From Nanoarchaeota archaeon SCGC AAA011-D5 (GTDB taxonomy: Archaea; Nanobdellota; Nanobdellia; Pacearchaeales; GW2011-AR1), in the NCBI GenBank assembly GCA_000405225.1, contig ASMP01000001.1, positions 136,496 to 200,495 on the forward strand: a stretch of DNA of 64,000 nucleotides, given 5' to 3'. The notes below the pieces were generated by a model that searched no databases, was not told the DNA's origin, and saw only the letters and a list, made by a program, of their open reading frames with translations. The position numbers and the translations under genes are program-made. Below are positions 54,294 through 62,233 of this stretch, in pieces; positions within the stretch are counted from its first letter, which is position 1; each line of letters starts with the position of its first letter.

Positions 54294-54420
54294 AATTTTT
54301 AGTAAATTTAGAAAGAACATCTGTTGCAGTGGTATCTAATTCAAGACAAATCATCTTGAACTTTTTCCAAACATCATCTTCTATGTAAAAATTATGGGGT
54401 CTTTTCTTATCCCTTTTCAT
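54253..54420 (-). CDS. ribbon-helix-helix protein (55 aa), candidate controller of the methylase
   Basis: Not in track; MKRDKKRPHNFYIEDDVWKKFKMICLELDTTATDVLSKFTKNYVKK...; overlaps the methylase start. Confidence 0.5.
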   Translation of the reverse strand: MKRDKKRPHNFYIEDDVWKKFKMICLELDTTATDVLSKFTKNYVKKNERKIRQKK

Positions 54421-54490
54421 ATATAATCAAAAGAATGGTAATTTATAAAACTTCTCTCCCTCTCTCCGTCTCTCCAAAGTAGTTATAGAA

Positions 54491-54628
54491 TTATTTGCCT
54501 TTCTTCAAATTCTCTTTAATGATTTTCTCTAACCAATCAGAAATATCTATCTTCTGCCTTATGCAGAATATTTTAACGTCTTCCCATAGTTGAGGACTAA
54601 CCTTAATGCTTGTTGTCTTCCTTTCCAT
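54491..54628 (-). CDS. ribbon-helix-helix protein (45 aa)
   Basis: Not in track; MERKTTSIKVSPQLWEDVKIFCIRQKIDISDWLEKIIKENLKKGK. Confidence 0.5.
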   Translation of the reverse strand: MERKTTSIKVSPQLWEDVKIFCIRQKIDISDWLEKIIKENLKKGK

Positions 54629-54726
54629 AGAGTATTATGGTATTATTGCTTTATAAACATTTATATTCAGTATTATATACTACCCAATTACTATAAGTTT
54701 AAATACTATCAGTATTATAGTAGTAT

Positions 54727-55014
54727 ATGGATAGCACACAAGACATTAAGCAATTCTCAAATACAAGAGAGCAAAGGGCAAGAGCCATATTAGAGATAGG
54801 AAACCCTGAAACTCTTGACGAATTTACCTATTTAGTTCCCTCTCAAAATTCAGACAGAAAATATAGGGTTACGCATATAGACGCTTATAGTTGCGAATGT
54901 GAAGACTTTAAGAGAAGATGTCAGGGAAAAAATCTTTATTGTAAGCACATAAAGGCAATAATTCTATTCCAAAGAATTAAGCAGAAATATGAAGTCAAGC
55001 CAGAAGTAGAGTAA
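54727..55014 (+). CDS. SWIM zinc-finger protein
   Basis: YSCECEDFKRRCQGKNLYCKHIKA (CxC...CxH). Confidence 0.55.
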   Translation: MDSTQDIKQFSNTREQRARAILEIGNPETLDEFTYLVPSQNSDRKYRVTHIDAYSCECEDFKRRCQGKNLYCKHIKAIILFQRIKQKYEVKPEVE

Positions 55015-55911
55015 GAAATAGAGTTAATCATAGACACGCCACAAAAGGACTTATGCCCTGAATGTAATTCTGAAAATCTGATTAAATCAGGGATTAGAAA
55101 AACAAAGATAGGCACAAAGCAAAGATATGAATGTAGGAATTGTCATAAGAGGTTTGTATTAAGTCCAATAAAGAACATAAAAGGCAACACTAAATTAGTT
55201 TGTCTTGCTATGGATTGTTATTATCGTGGTTTGTCTTATAGAGATATAAGCCATCAATTTAATCAGTTCTATGGTTTAAAGATTTCACACGTTACAATAA
55301 GGGAATGGGTTTTGAGATTTTCAAGAGTTATGGAAAAATACTCTGAAACAATAAAGCCACAGATTAAAGGAACTTGGAACGCAGACGAAACTTTGGTTTT
55401 AACAAAGCGTGGAAAGAATAAGCAAAATACCAACTTTGATTATGTCTGGAATGTTATGGATAATAAAAGCAAATTCCTTTTAGCGTCTGAATGTTCAGGG
55501 CGTTCAAGAAGTTCAAAAGACGCACAGAAAGTTATGACAGAAGCATATCAACAAAACGGAAAAATCCCATTTCAGATAATTGTTGATGGTTACGCTGGTT
55601 ATCAAGATGGAGTTAGAAAGACATTTAGGAATTGGGGTAACGAAAGAAAGGTTAAATTTACATCAATTAAAGGGCATAGGAAAGAGATAAACAATAACGC
55701 AATAGAAAGCCATCACTCACATCAAAAGGAATTTCAGAAAGTAAGGCGTGGAATAACAAAGGTTCAGGATTATCAAGATGGCTTTAAGGTATTCCATAAC
55801 TTTGTAAGAAAGAACGCAAGACAGGGCTTAACTCCTGCGGATAAGGTTGGAGTTGGAGTAAAAGGAAACGCTTGGGAAACTATGCTCTTGAAAGGGTTGA
55901 AATCATCTTAA
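55015..55911 (+). mobile_element. IS6-family-like DDE transposase with N-terminal zinc ribbon; first ATG only at 55210, inside the conserved HTH
   Basis: CPEC...CRNC ribbon, HTH LSYRDISHQF...HVTIREWV, DDE context WNADETLV / IIVDGYAGY / NNNAIESHHSHQKE. In frame with the SWIM ORF across the TAA at 55012-55014. No terminal inverted repeats found. Confidence 0.65.
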
Positions 55912-56041
55912 CTTTCTTAACCTTCTTATTATGTTTCTTATTTCTACAATATCCCTACGATTAATTTTTTCTGAATGAGCAATCCTATTTCTTCTTTCAA
56001 TAAATAGTCTTTTTAATATTTCTCTTTCAATATCTTTCCTA

Positions 56042-56401
56042 TTACTTCTTTTTCTTATTACCATTATCTATTCCAAAACTCATATCTAAAATAGTAGTCA
56101 ATTCCCGATTGGAAATTTTCTCTTCTACGAGTTCATTATTTAATTTTTCAGTTTTATCTTCAAGTTCTTTCATTAAATCTGAATATTCTTTTTTTATTAC
56201 TTCTTCTGCATAATAATTACCAATTATATAAATCGCAGGGAGCACTATGACTTCTATGCTTAAAAACAAAACAGCATTATCTGGATAAAAACGACTTAAC
56301 CCAATAAATGTTACTGCTGTAAGAGTTGCAATTATGGTAACCCAAATTCTTATTCTAAGCATTCCCATAATTTCAATAATCTCTTTAATATATTTAAACA
56401 T
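56042..56401 (-). CDS. two-TM membrane protein with coiled-coil tail
   Basis: 119-aa ORF with hydrophobic helices followed by a charged helical C-terminus. Confidence 0.4.
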   Translation of the reverse strand: MFKYIKEIIEIMGMLRIRIWVTIIATLTAVTFIGLSRFYPDNAVLFLSIEVIVLPAIYIIGNYYAEEVIKKEYSDLMKELEDKTEKLNNELVEEKISNRELTTILDMSFGIDNGNKKKK

Positions 56402-56521
56402 TACTTATAACTCCCGCAACTTAACAGAAGAGGAGAAAACGACTATAACTCCCTAATTCCTAACACACTACAGAATAGAAAGATTTATTAACACTTCATT
56501 TACTGAATAATATTAAGTAAA

Positions 56522-56881
56522 ATGGATAGAAAAAATATTATAATTGCATTATCACATCATCAAGATATACAAAAAGATGTTGATGCTTTAGTATTTAGAA
56601 TAGCTGGAATTGGAAAAAGAAATCCAATGATTGACAGACTTCAAGAAGTAATTGATGCTGAGGAAAAAGTAATCAACTTTATTAAAGATTCTAAAGAAAT
56701 TTGGGAAGATACAAATAGAGTGAGATTATATGCTTCCGCGTCTCTAAAAGATTATCTTATTTCTTTTAAAGAATATGAAAGATTATGGGCTTCAAGAAAA
56801 AACGAAGGAACTCCAGAAAAAGATTGGTATAAAATGCAGGATGAATTAGTTAAATATATTCGCAATTATTCTTTTAGATAA
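56522..56881 (+). CDS. hypothetical protein
   Basis: 119-aa ORF; no motif. Confidence 0.4.
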   Translation: MDRKNIIIALSHHQDIQKDVDALVFRIAGIGKRNPMIDRLQEVIDAEEKVINFIKDSKEIWEDTNRVRLYASASLKDYLISFKEYERLWASRKNEGTPEKDWYKMQDELVKYIRNYSFR

Positions 56882-57019
56882 AATTGAATAAAATCTTTCT
56901 TTAATATATCAATAAGTGAGTGTGAGAATATTGGCTTGACAAGAATTAAAATAAGGTAACAAAACAATGTGCGAGTGGAATGAGCGAACGTAATATATAA
57001 TAAAATTACAATAAACTAT

Positions 57020-58201
57020 TTAAAACTCAATATCCCCGCAAGCCACATAGACACTTGCGTTTTCTACTGACTTATGGACGTTTATTGCAAGAGGAAGTTC
57101 GTCTTCAAGTTGGTCAAAGGTTACATTAATAGTTGTTTCTGATTCTCCGTTTAAGACATTTGTAAGAGGGTAAATCACGCCTCCAACATCTGGACAGCTT
57201 CCCATATGTATATGGGCTGGCTGGGAAACATTTTCAGAGAAACCCGTCATGTTAAGGGTTACAAAAACTTGTCCATCTTCTTCTGTTAGAGTTGCTGTTC
57301 CAAATTCACCAGAGCTGTTTTGTTCTAAAAGGTTTATTGTTGTCTGGTTGATTTCTGTTTCATTTTCTTCTTCATCTTCATTGTCTTCATCATCTCCAGT
57401 TTCATCATCATCCTCTCCTGCAACAAGGAAAGCCCACCAAGGCTTGCTTATTCCGATAAATTCTCCTGTCTCGGGATCAACCTGCCCTTCAACCTTCATT
57501 TTAAGCTTGAAAACTCCTAAGAATCTTCCGTGCTTGTTTGTTTTGATATTATATACAACATGGGGAATATTTCTGTCATCTGTGACTTCTCTTAATTCAA
57601 CTGTGAAGTTCAAAGCTCTAAGCCTTTTCAGGGCAATCTCTGACGCCTGGTGAGGCATTATCTTTATGTCTGTGACATTGCCATCTTTCAATCTGGCTTT
57701 TAGCCTGTATTCGGTTTCATTGGTTTCCTCTTCAAATTTAATTTCATCTTCTGCTTCAACCTCAATTTCCTCCCCCTTTATTTCATATCTTACCCTTTCC
57801 CTAATCTCCCCATTGACTGTCCTGTTCTCTATTCTTATCTTTATTTCTGTCTTTGTTCCGTCAGCACATTCTATTTTTCTTTTGACAGATTCAACTCTTT
57901 TTCCGTCTTCTATCTTTAATTCCCTTTCAATTCTTATTGTGCAATTTCCTTCCTTTATTTCCTCCCTTTCTCTTTCCCTGACTCGTGACTTATTTTCATC
58001 ATCTTCCCTCTCTGTTTCATTTTCATCATCGTCCAGCCCACTATCCTCGTCATCATCGACAGAATTATCTTTTATGGAATCGTTTCTTCCACTATTGCTT
58101 CCAGATTTATCATCATCCTCATCTGCAAAAACTAGGGGAGCATGCAGTAAAATTCCAAATACAAGGAATGCTAAAACAAAAAGGAAAATCACCTTTTTCA
58201 T
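57020..58201 (-). CDS. secreted highly acidic protein with a CHRD-like C-terminal domain
   Basis: Signal peptide; long D/E-rich tracts; C-terminal GTATLTEEDGQVFVTLNMTG...PAHIHMGSCPDVGGVIYPL resembles the CHRD AHIH.G pattern (weak). Confidence 0.45.
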   Translation of the reverse strand: MKKVIFLFVLAFLVFGILLHAPLVFADEDDDKSGSNSGRNDSIKDNSVDDDEDSGLDDDENETEREDDENKSRVREREREEIKEGNCTIRIERELKIEDGKRVESVKRKIECADGTKTEIKIRIENRTVNGEIRERVRYEIKGEEIEVEAEDEIKFEEETNETEYRLKARLKDGNVTDIKIMPHQASEIALKRLRALNFTVELREVTDDRNIPHVVYNIKTNKHGRFLGVFKLKMKVEGQVDPETGEFIGISKPWWAFLVAGEDDDETGDDEDNEDEEENETEINQTTINLLEQNSSGEFGTATLTEEDGQVFVTLNMTGFSENVSQPAHIHMGSCPDVGGVIYPLTNVLNGESETTINVTFDQLEDELPLAINVHKSVENASVYVACGDIEF

Positions 58202-58223
58202 CTTTCATAGAACAAAAAAAGAT

Positions 58224-59441
58224 TTATAAAACTTCGCCCAAACCCACCAAACGCCAGTGCCCCTCAATGTTCCTGGCTATGCCTGCATTGTCCCCCTTCA
58301 TGGCGACTATCGGTATATTAAGGGAGAATTCTGTTTCGTTTTTCGAGATTCTTTCAACGACTCCGACAGTTATCGTTGTATTTATGCTCAGCATCATCAG
58401 TTCTTTTGTTTTTAGTGGCTCCACTTTTTTCCTGTCTCTCAGCCCAAAAACCTCGTCAAAGAGTATTGTTTTTAGTTTAACTCCATGCTGTATTTCTGGA
58501 AGCCTACCCTTAAGGGAAACGACGCATCCTGTGAGCGAATCTGCCTTTGTCAGAAAAGGATCCAAAGATGTTTCTATAGAGATGCTGGCTCCTGGAACAA
58601 CTTCTCCAACTTTCCTGTTCCCTTTATGGAGTGAGAGAATCTCTGTAGTAAGGGTTTTATATATTAAAGAGTTGTGCTTTCTCGTGCTTATTCCCGGCTT
58701 TATCTCAATTTCATCTCCAATTTTTAATTTCCCTCTTTTTAGGATTCCTCCGAGAACTCCTCCCCTCATTTCCTGAACCTTTATCCCTGGCCTGTTTACG
58801 TCGAAACTCCTTGCAACGAGGAAGAAAGGGTCTGATTCTGTATCTCTCTCTGGGATTTCTATCCCGGCCAGCGCCATAAAAACCTTGTCTAGATTTATTT
58901 CCTGCTGTGCAGATACAGGAATAACCGGAGAATTTTCAGCCATCGTTCCCATAAGAAAATTTTTTATTTCATCATGGTTTTTTAACGCTTCTTCCTTGCT
59001 GACTAGGTCTATTTTATTCTGAATTACTATGACGTCTTTTATCTTTTTTGCCTGAAGAGCCATCAGGTGCTCCCTTGTCTGCGGCTTTATTCCTTCGTTT
59101 GCGGCAATGACAAGGATTGCGGCGTCAATGATGGCTGCTCCGGACAGCATCGTTGCCATCAGCATCTCATGACCAGGAGCATCGATGAAACTGACATATC
59201 TCAATGGCTCACATTTTTGCCCAGGCATCTCTTTATTGGAAAACATATTGCCGCATTTGTAAATCACCGTCTCTGCATAACCGAGCTTGATGGTAATCCC
59301 CCTCTTCAGCTCTTCGGAATGAGTGTCTGTGAATTTTCCAGTGAGCTTGCTGAGCAGTGTTGTTTTTCCGTGGTCTATGTGGCCCACAACGCCTACATTC
59401 AGTTCTGGAAGTTCCTGAACTAGCTCCTGTGTTTTATTCAT
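58224..59441 (-). CDS. eif2g: translation initiation factor aIF2 gamma subunit
   Basis: VGVVGHIDHGKTTL, FIDAPGHE, IQNKIDL, domains II/III. Confidence 0.9.
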   Translation of the reverse strand: MNKTQELVQELPELNVGVVGHIDHGKTTLLSKLTGKFTDTHSEELKRGITIKLGYAETVIYKCGNMFSNKEMPGQKCEPLRYVSFIDAPGHEMLMATMLSGAAIIDAAILVIAANEGIKPQTREHLMALQAKKIKDVIVIQNKIDLVSKEEALKNHDEIKNFLMGTMAENSPVIPVSAQQEINLDKVFMALAGIEIPERDTESDPFFLVARSFDVNRPGIKVQEMRGGVLGGILKRGKLKIGDEIEIKPGISTRKHNSLIYKTLTTEILSLHKGNRKVGEVVPGASISIETSLDPFLTKADSLTGCVVSLKGRLPEIQHGVKLKTILFDEVFGLRDRKKVEPLKTKELMMLSINTTITVGVVERISKNETEFSLNIPIVAMKGDNAGIARNIEGHWRLVGLGEVL

Positions 59442-59478
59442 TTAAATTTTAAAAGAAGATGGTTAAAAAAGGTTTGGA

Positions 59479-60294
59479 TTAGTAAAGAGCATTAACCCCT
59501 GCAATATCTCCAGTATTCAAATCTCTTTTCTTTGTTTCTCCAAAACTTGCAAAAGCATACATGGTCTCTTCTGTGCAACTACTTGACGGATGTCCCATTC
59601 CTACAGAATGTCCAAGTTCATGTGTTGCAATATTTTCAAAATCCATTTTTCCTGCTTGTCCTGAAGAAGACCAGTCAAAGTCAACATCATCATAAATCTG
59701 ATCCCATTCCACTAATTTCCTGTTTTGAATAGGTCCAGAGAAAATTCCCCAGACAATTGTTACTGCAATTGCTCCAGAACTGCTAACATCTGCAAAAATT
59801 ACTTCATTTTTACCATTTAAATTCCCAATATTTGCCCTATCAACAGTTCCTATAATTTCATCACCAAGAATACCAACACCAGCTGCAGTTTCCCATTTAT
59901 TAATATCAAGAGCTAAATTGCTTCTTACAAATCCAGTATCTAATCCTGCATTATTAAAGGAATCTACAAGATAAGGCTCAATAGTTTTCCACTTTGACCC
60001 CTTTGCTAAAAATGCATAACAAGTAGAGCCTCCACCGCCCCTACTGGCCAAAGGAGGTTTTGCATTTTCTCTTTTGTCATGTATGAACATAAAACCTTGC
60101 ACAAGCCTTCCATCACCATCCCTTGCTGTCCCAAGGCTAAAGACACCATCAGAAATCTGAACTGCGTGTGCTGGGATTTCAAAAGAATTGCCTGCTGGAT
60201 TTTCAGTAGAAACGAAGCCAGGCTTTGCAATGACAAACATACTTACAGATAATATAAAGATTCCAAGAAACACCAATAATCTTTCCTTTTTCAT
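59479..60294 (-). CDS. secreted metzincin (matrixin-like) zinc metalloprotease
   Basis: HELGHSVGMGH plus downstream Met-turn candidate TMYA; start set to MKKERLL with signal peptide. Confidence 0.7.
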   Translation of the reverse strand: MKKERLLVFLGIFILSVSMFVIAKPGFVSTENPAGNSFEIPAHAVQISDGVFSLGTARDGDGRLVQGFMFIHDKRENAKPPLASRGGGGSTCYAFLAKGSKWKTIEPYLVDSFNNAGLDTGFVRSNLALDINKWETAAGVGILGDEIIGTVDRANIGNLNGKNEVIFADVSSSGAIAVTIVWGIFSGPIQNRKLVEWDQIYDDVDFDWSSSGQAGKMDFENIATHELGHSVGMGHPSSSCTEETMYAFASFGETKKRDLNTGDIAGVNALY

Positions 60295-60329
60295 CTTATT
60301 TTTATATATTAAAGCCTTTAAATATTTTA

Positions 60330-60695
60330 TTATCTTTTTTGAGTTTGAGCTCTTTGCTCTGGCTCCGAATCCGTGCATTGCTGAAATGAGCCAAGTGTCA
60401 TTATTCCATCTATTTCTAACCTATATGATTTACCAATTTCAAGCTTATTTTCCTCTATCCATTCGGGATTTCCCAATAATAGGTAATTAGGGACTTCATC
60501 CCCTCTTTCTTTCATGGTCTTTTCATCAAAATAAAAAAACGCCTCTCCATCAAGACCTCTCCTGTAACCCTGATAGGTTTCACATCCCGTTGAATAAGTT
60601 TTTGTTTTTCTAAAGACAAACGGCATTGAAAGAATTCCTGCAAGTGCTAAAGTTCCAACAATTGTTCCCATAATTATCTTTTTCTTAAGCCCCAT
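60330..60695 (-). CDS. membrane-anchored hypothetical protein
   Basis: N-terminal TM; 121 aa. Confidence 0.4.
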   Translation of the reverse strand: MGLKKKIIMGTIVGTLALAGILSMPFVFRKTKTYSTGCETYQGYRRGLDGEAFFYFDEKTMKERGDEVPNYLLLGNPEWIEENKLEIGKSYRLEIDGIMTLGSFQQCTDSEPEQRAQTQKR

Positions 60696-60765
60696 AAATT
60701 TCCTCAGAAATTTTTAGTTTATAAACTTTTTCCTTGTTACTGACAAAAAAGCAGAAAAATAAACT

Positions 60766-61278
60766 TTACTTTGGCTCGGCATCGCTAGGGGGAGTTTCCT
60801 TTAAATTGACGTCGCTACGGCGATTTTCTAACTCGGCATCGCTGGGACGAGTTTCCTTTTCCCTGTTTTGCTCTGGAAAAACCTCTGAAAGCGGCTTGAT
60901 CCCCTGTTTCAGAACATTCAGGTTAATCTGGACTATCTCTGGAGAGATTGTCTTGCCACGAACGGTTCTTTTTAGCCTAAGACCCTTTGGCTTTGGATTT
61001 GAAATCTTTTTTTTGCCTTCCCGCCTTGTACGCCTACGCATAGCTTTCCCATAACTAAGAAGAATTCTTTTGAGCCCTGTCTCTGGAACATTCTCGTGGC
61101 TGGTGAATCCCGATTTATCGCTGGTTCCTCTAATTTCGAGCTCATATCCTTCCAGGTCCGGAAGCAAATCCCTGCCCAGAATCTTATCGTGAAGTTCTTT
61201 TCCAACAAGCCCTTCTGCTTCCAGCTCCAATTTGTAGGTCTTTCCTGTTTTCTCTGAGATGTTTATTTTGAACGGCAT
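60766..61278 (-). CDS. rps6e: ribosomal protein S6e with a repeat-containing C-terminal tail
   Basis: MPFKINISEKTGKTYKLE...IRGTSDKSGF...; tail KETRPSDAEL-ENRRSDVNL-KETPPSDAEPK. Confidence 0.85.
   Translation of the reverse strand: MPFKINISEKTGKTYKLELEAEGLVGKELHDKILGRDLLPDLEGYELEIRGTSDKSGFTSHENVPETGLKRILLSYGKAMRRRTRREGKKKISNPKPKGLRLKRTVRGKTISPEIVQINLNVLKQGIKPLSEVFPEQNREKETRPSDAELENRRSDVNLKETPPSDAEPK
60773..60855 (-). repeat. three tandem units of about 27-30 nt at the rps6e 3' end, one nearly identical to the ppsA 3' end
   Basis: ggctcggcatcgctagggggagtttcc / attgacgtcgctacggcgattttc / ctaactcggcatcgctgggacgagtttc. Confidence 0.8.
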
Positions 61279-61401
61279 GATAAGTTAGTGTTTTAGAAGG
61301 TTTTTAAAGTTTTCAGAGCCTGAGATTGTCGCATAATCGGGACTTGAATATTAATGTCGCATGAAAGGACTTATGCTAAGAAAACCTTATTATAACCATT
61401 A

Positions 61402-61926
61402 TTAAAATTTCTCATAAACAACTCTTATTGATGTAGCATGATGAAAATAATGAAAAGGAGTATAATCAATCATCTTTGGATGAATCTTTATTAAGAGATT
61501 AAAAAGAGCAATCTTCATCTTCATATATAAATTAGTTCTATTTGTTAAGAATTTAATTTTTATAACTTTCCCTTTTATATCTGAATCAAAATCCCCGCTA
61601 TCAATCAAAGTTATCAAAGTAGTTACCCAATATTCTTTCTTATGGTCTATGCTATCCCAAGTTTCTCTGCCATAAGGGACTACAACATCAATCTTTCCAC
61701 TAACCTTTGTTATTCTAAAAAGTTCTTCCATAACTTTTAACGGGTCTTTCATATGTTCTAATGTATTCTCAAATAAAACATAATCATAAGTATTACTTTT
61801 TATTTTCAGTGGCTTTTCTAAATCTGCGATTATATTAGCCCCAAACTTTTTGTGATTATCTAAATTATCCCATCCCTTCAAGACCTTTCTTCCAGCTCCA
61901 ACATTAATTCTTTTAATTTTACTCAT
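61402..61926 (-). CDS. small SAM-dependent methyltransferase-like protein
   Basis: INVGAGRKVLKGWDNLD (motif I-like) and FENTLEHM...VSGKIDVVVP. Confidence 0.5.
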   Translation of the reverse strand: MSKIKRINVGAGRKVLKGWDNLDNHKKFGANIIADLEKPLKIKSNTYDYVLFENTLEHMKDPLKVMEELFRITKVSGKIDVVVPYGRETWDSIDHKKEYWVTTLITLIDSGDFDSDIKGKVIKIKFLTNRTNLYMKMKIALFNLLIKIHPKMIDYTPFHYFHHATSIRVVYEKF

Positions 61927-61976
61927 GATACAATATTATGACATGTTATTTTTAAGACTTGCTATCTATTTGTATC

Positions 61977-62201
61977 ATGAAGAAGAGGAAGCCGTTAGAA
62001 ATAAAAAAGAGAATTTTGCAGGTTTTAAAAGAAAATAGAGAATTATCTTTAAGAGAGTTTGACATAAAAGTTAATACTGGTTACAAAACAATAAGAGACC
62101 AAATAGAAGAATTAGAGTTTTTTGATTTGGTAGAGGTAATAAAACATAAGAAAAGTGATAAGACTGGAAGACCCTATACAAGTATTAGATTAAAACAATA
62201 A
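61977..62201 (+). CDS. winged-helix DNA-binding protein
   Basis: Start set to ATG MKKRKP; ILQVLKENRELSLREFDIKVNTGYKTIRDQIEELEFFDLVEV. Confidence 0.45.
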   Translation: MKKRKPLEIKKRILQVLKENRELSLREFDIKVNTGYKTIRDQIEELEFFDLVEVIKHKKSDKTGRPYTSIRLKQ

Positions 62202-62233
62202 ACTTATTGCCCTCTTCTTTTGTCATTATTTTG

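Noticed and set aside
50921-56479. 11-nt direct repeat TACAGAATAGA (50921-50931 / 56469-56479) and 10-nt inverted repeat GCGGGAGTTA / TAACTCCCGC (50973-50982 / 56408-56417) as island borders
   Set aside because: Their positions are suggestive, but matches of 10-11 nt are expected by chance many times in 64 kb of AT-rich DNA. They are kept only as candidate borders for the island finding.
57249-58776. Several long plus-strand ORFs (57249-57653, 57666-58229, 57985-58776) opposite the acidic secreted protein and aIF2-gamma
   Set aside because: They are antisense to GAA/GAT-rich coding sequence, which yields poly-Ser/Phe/Leu frames. The minus-strand genes have clear motifs.
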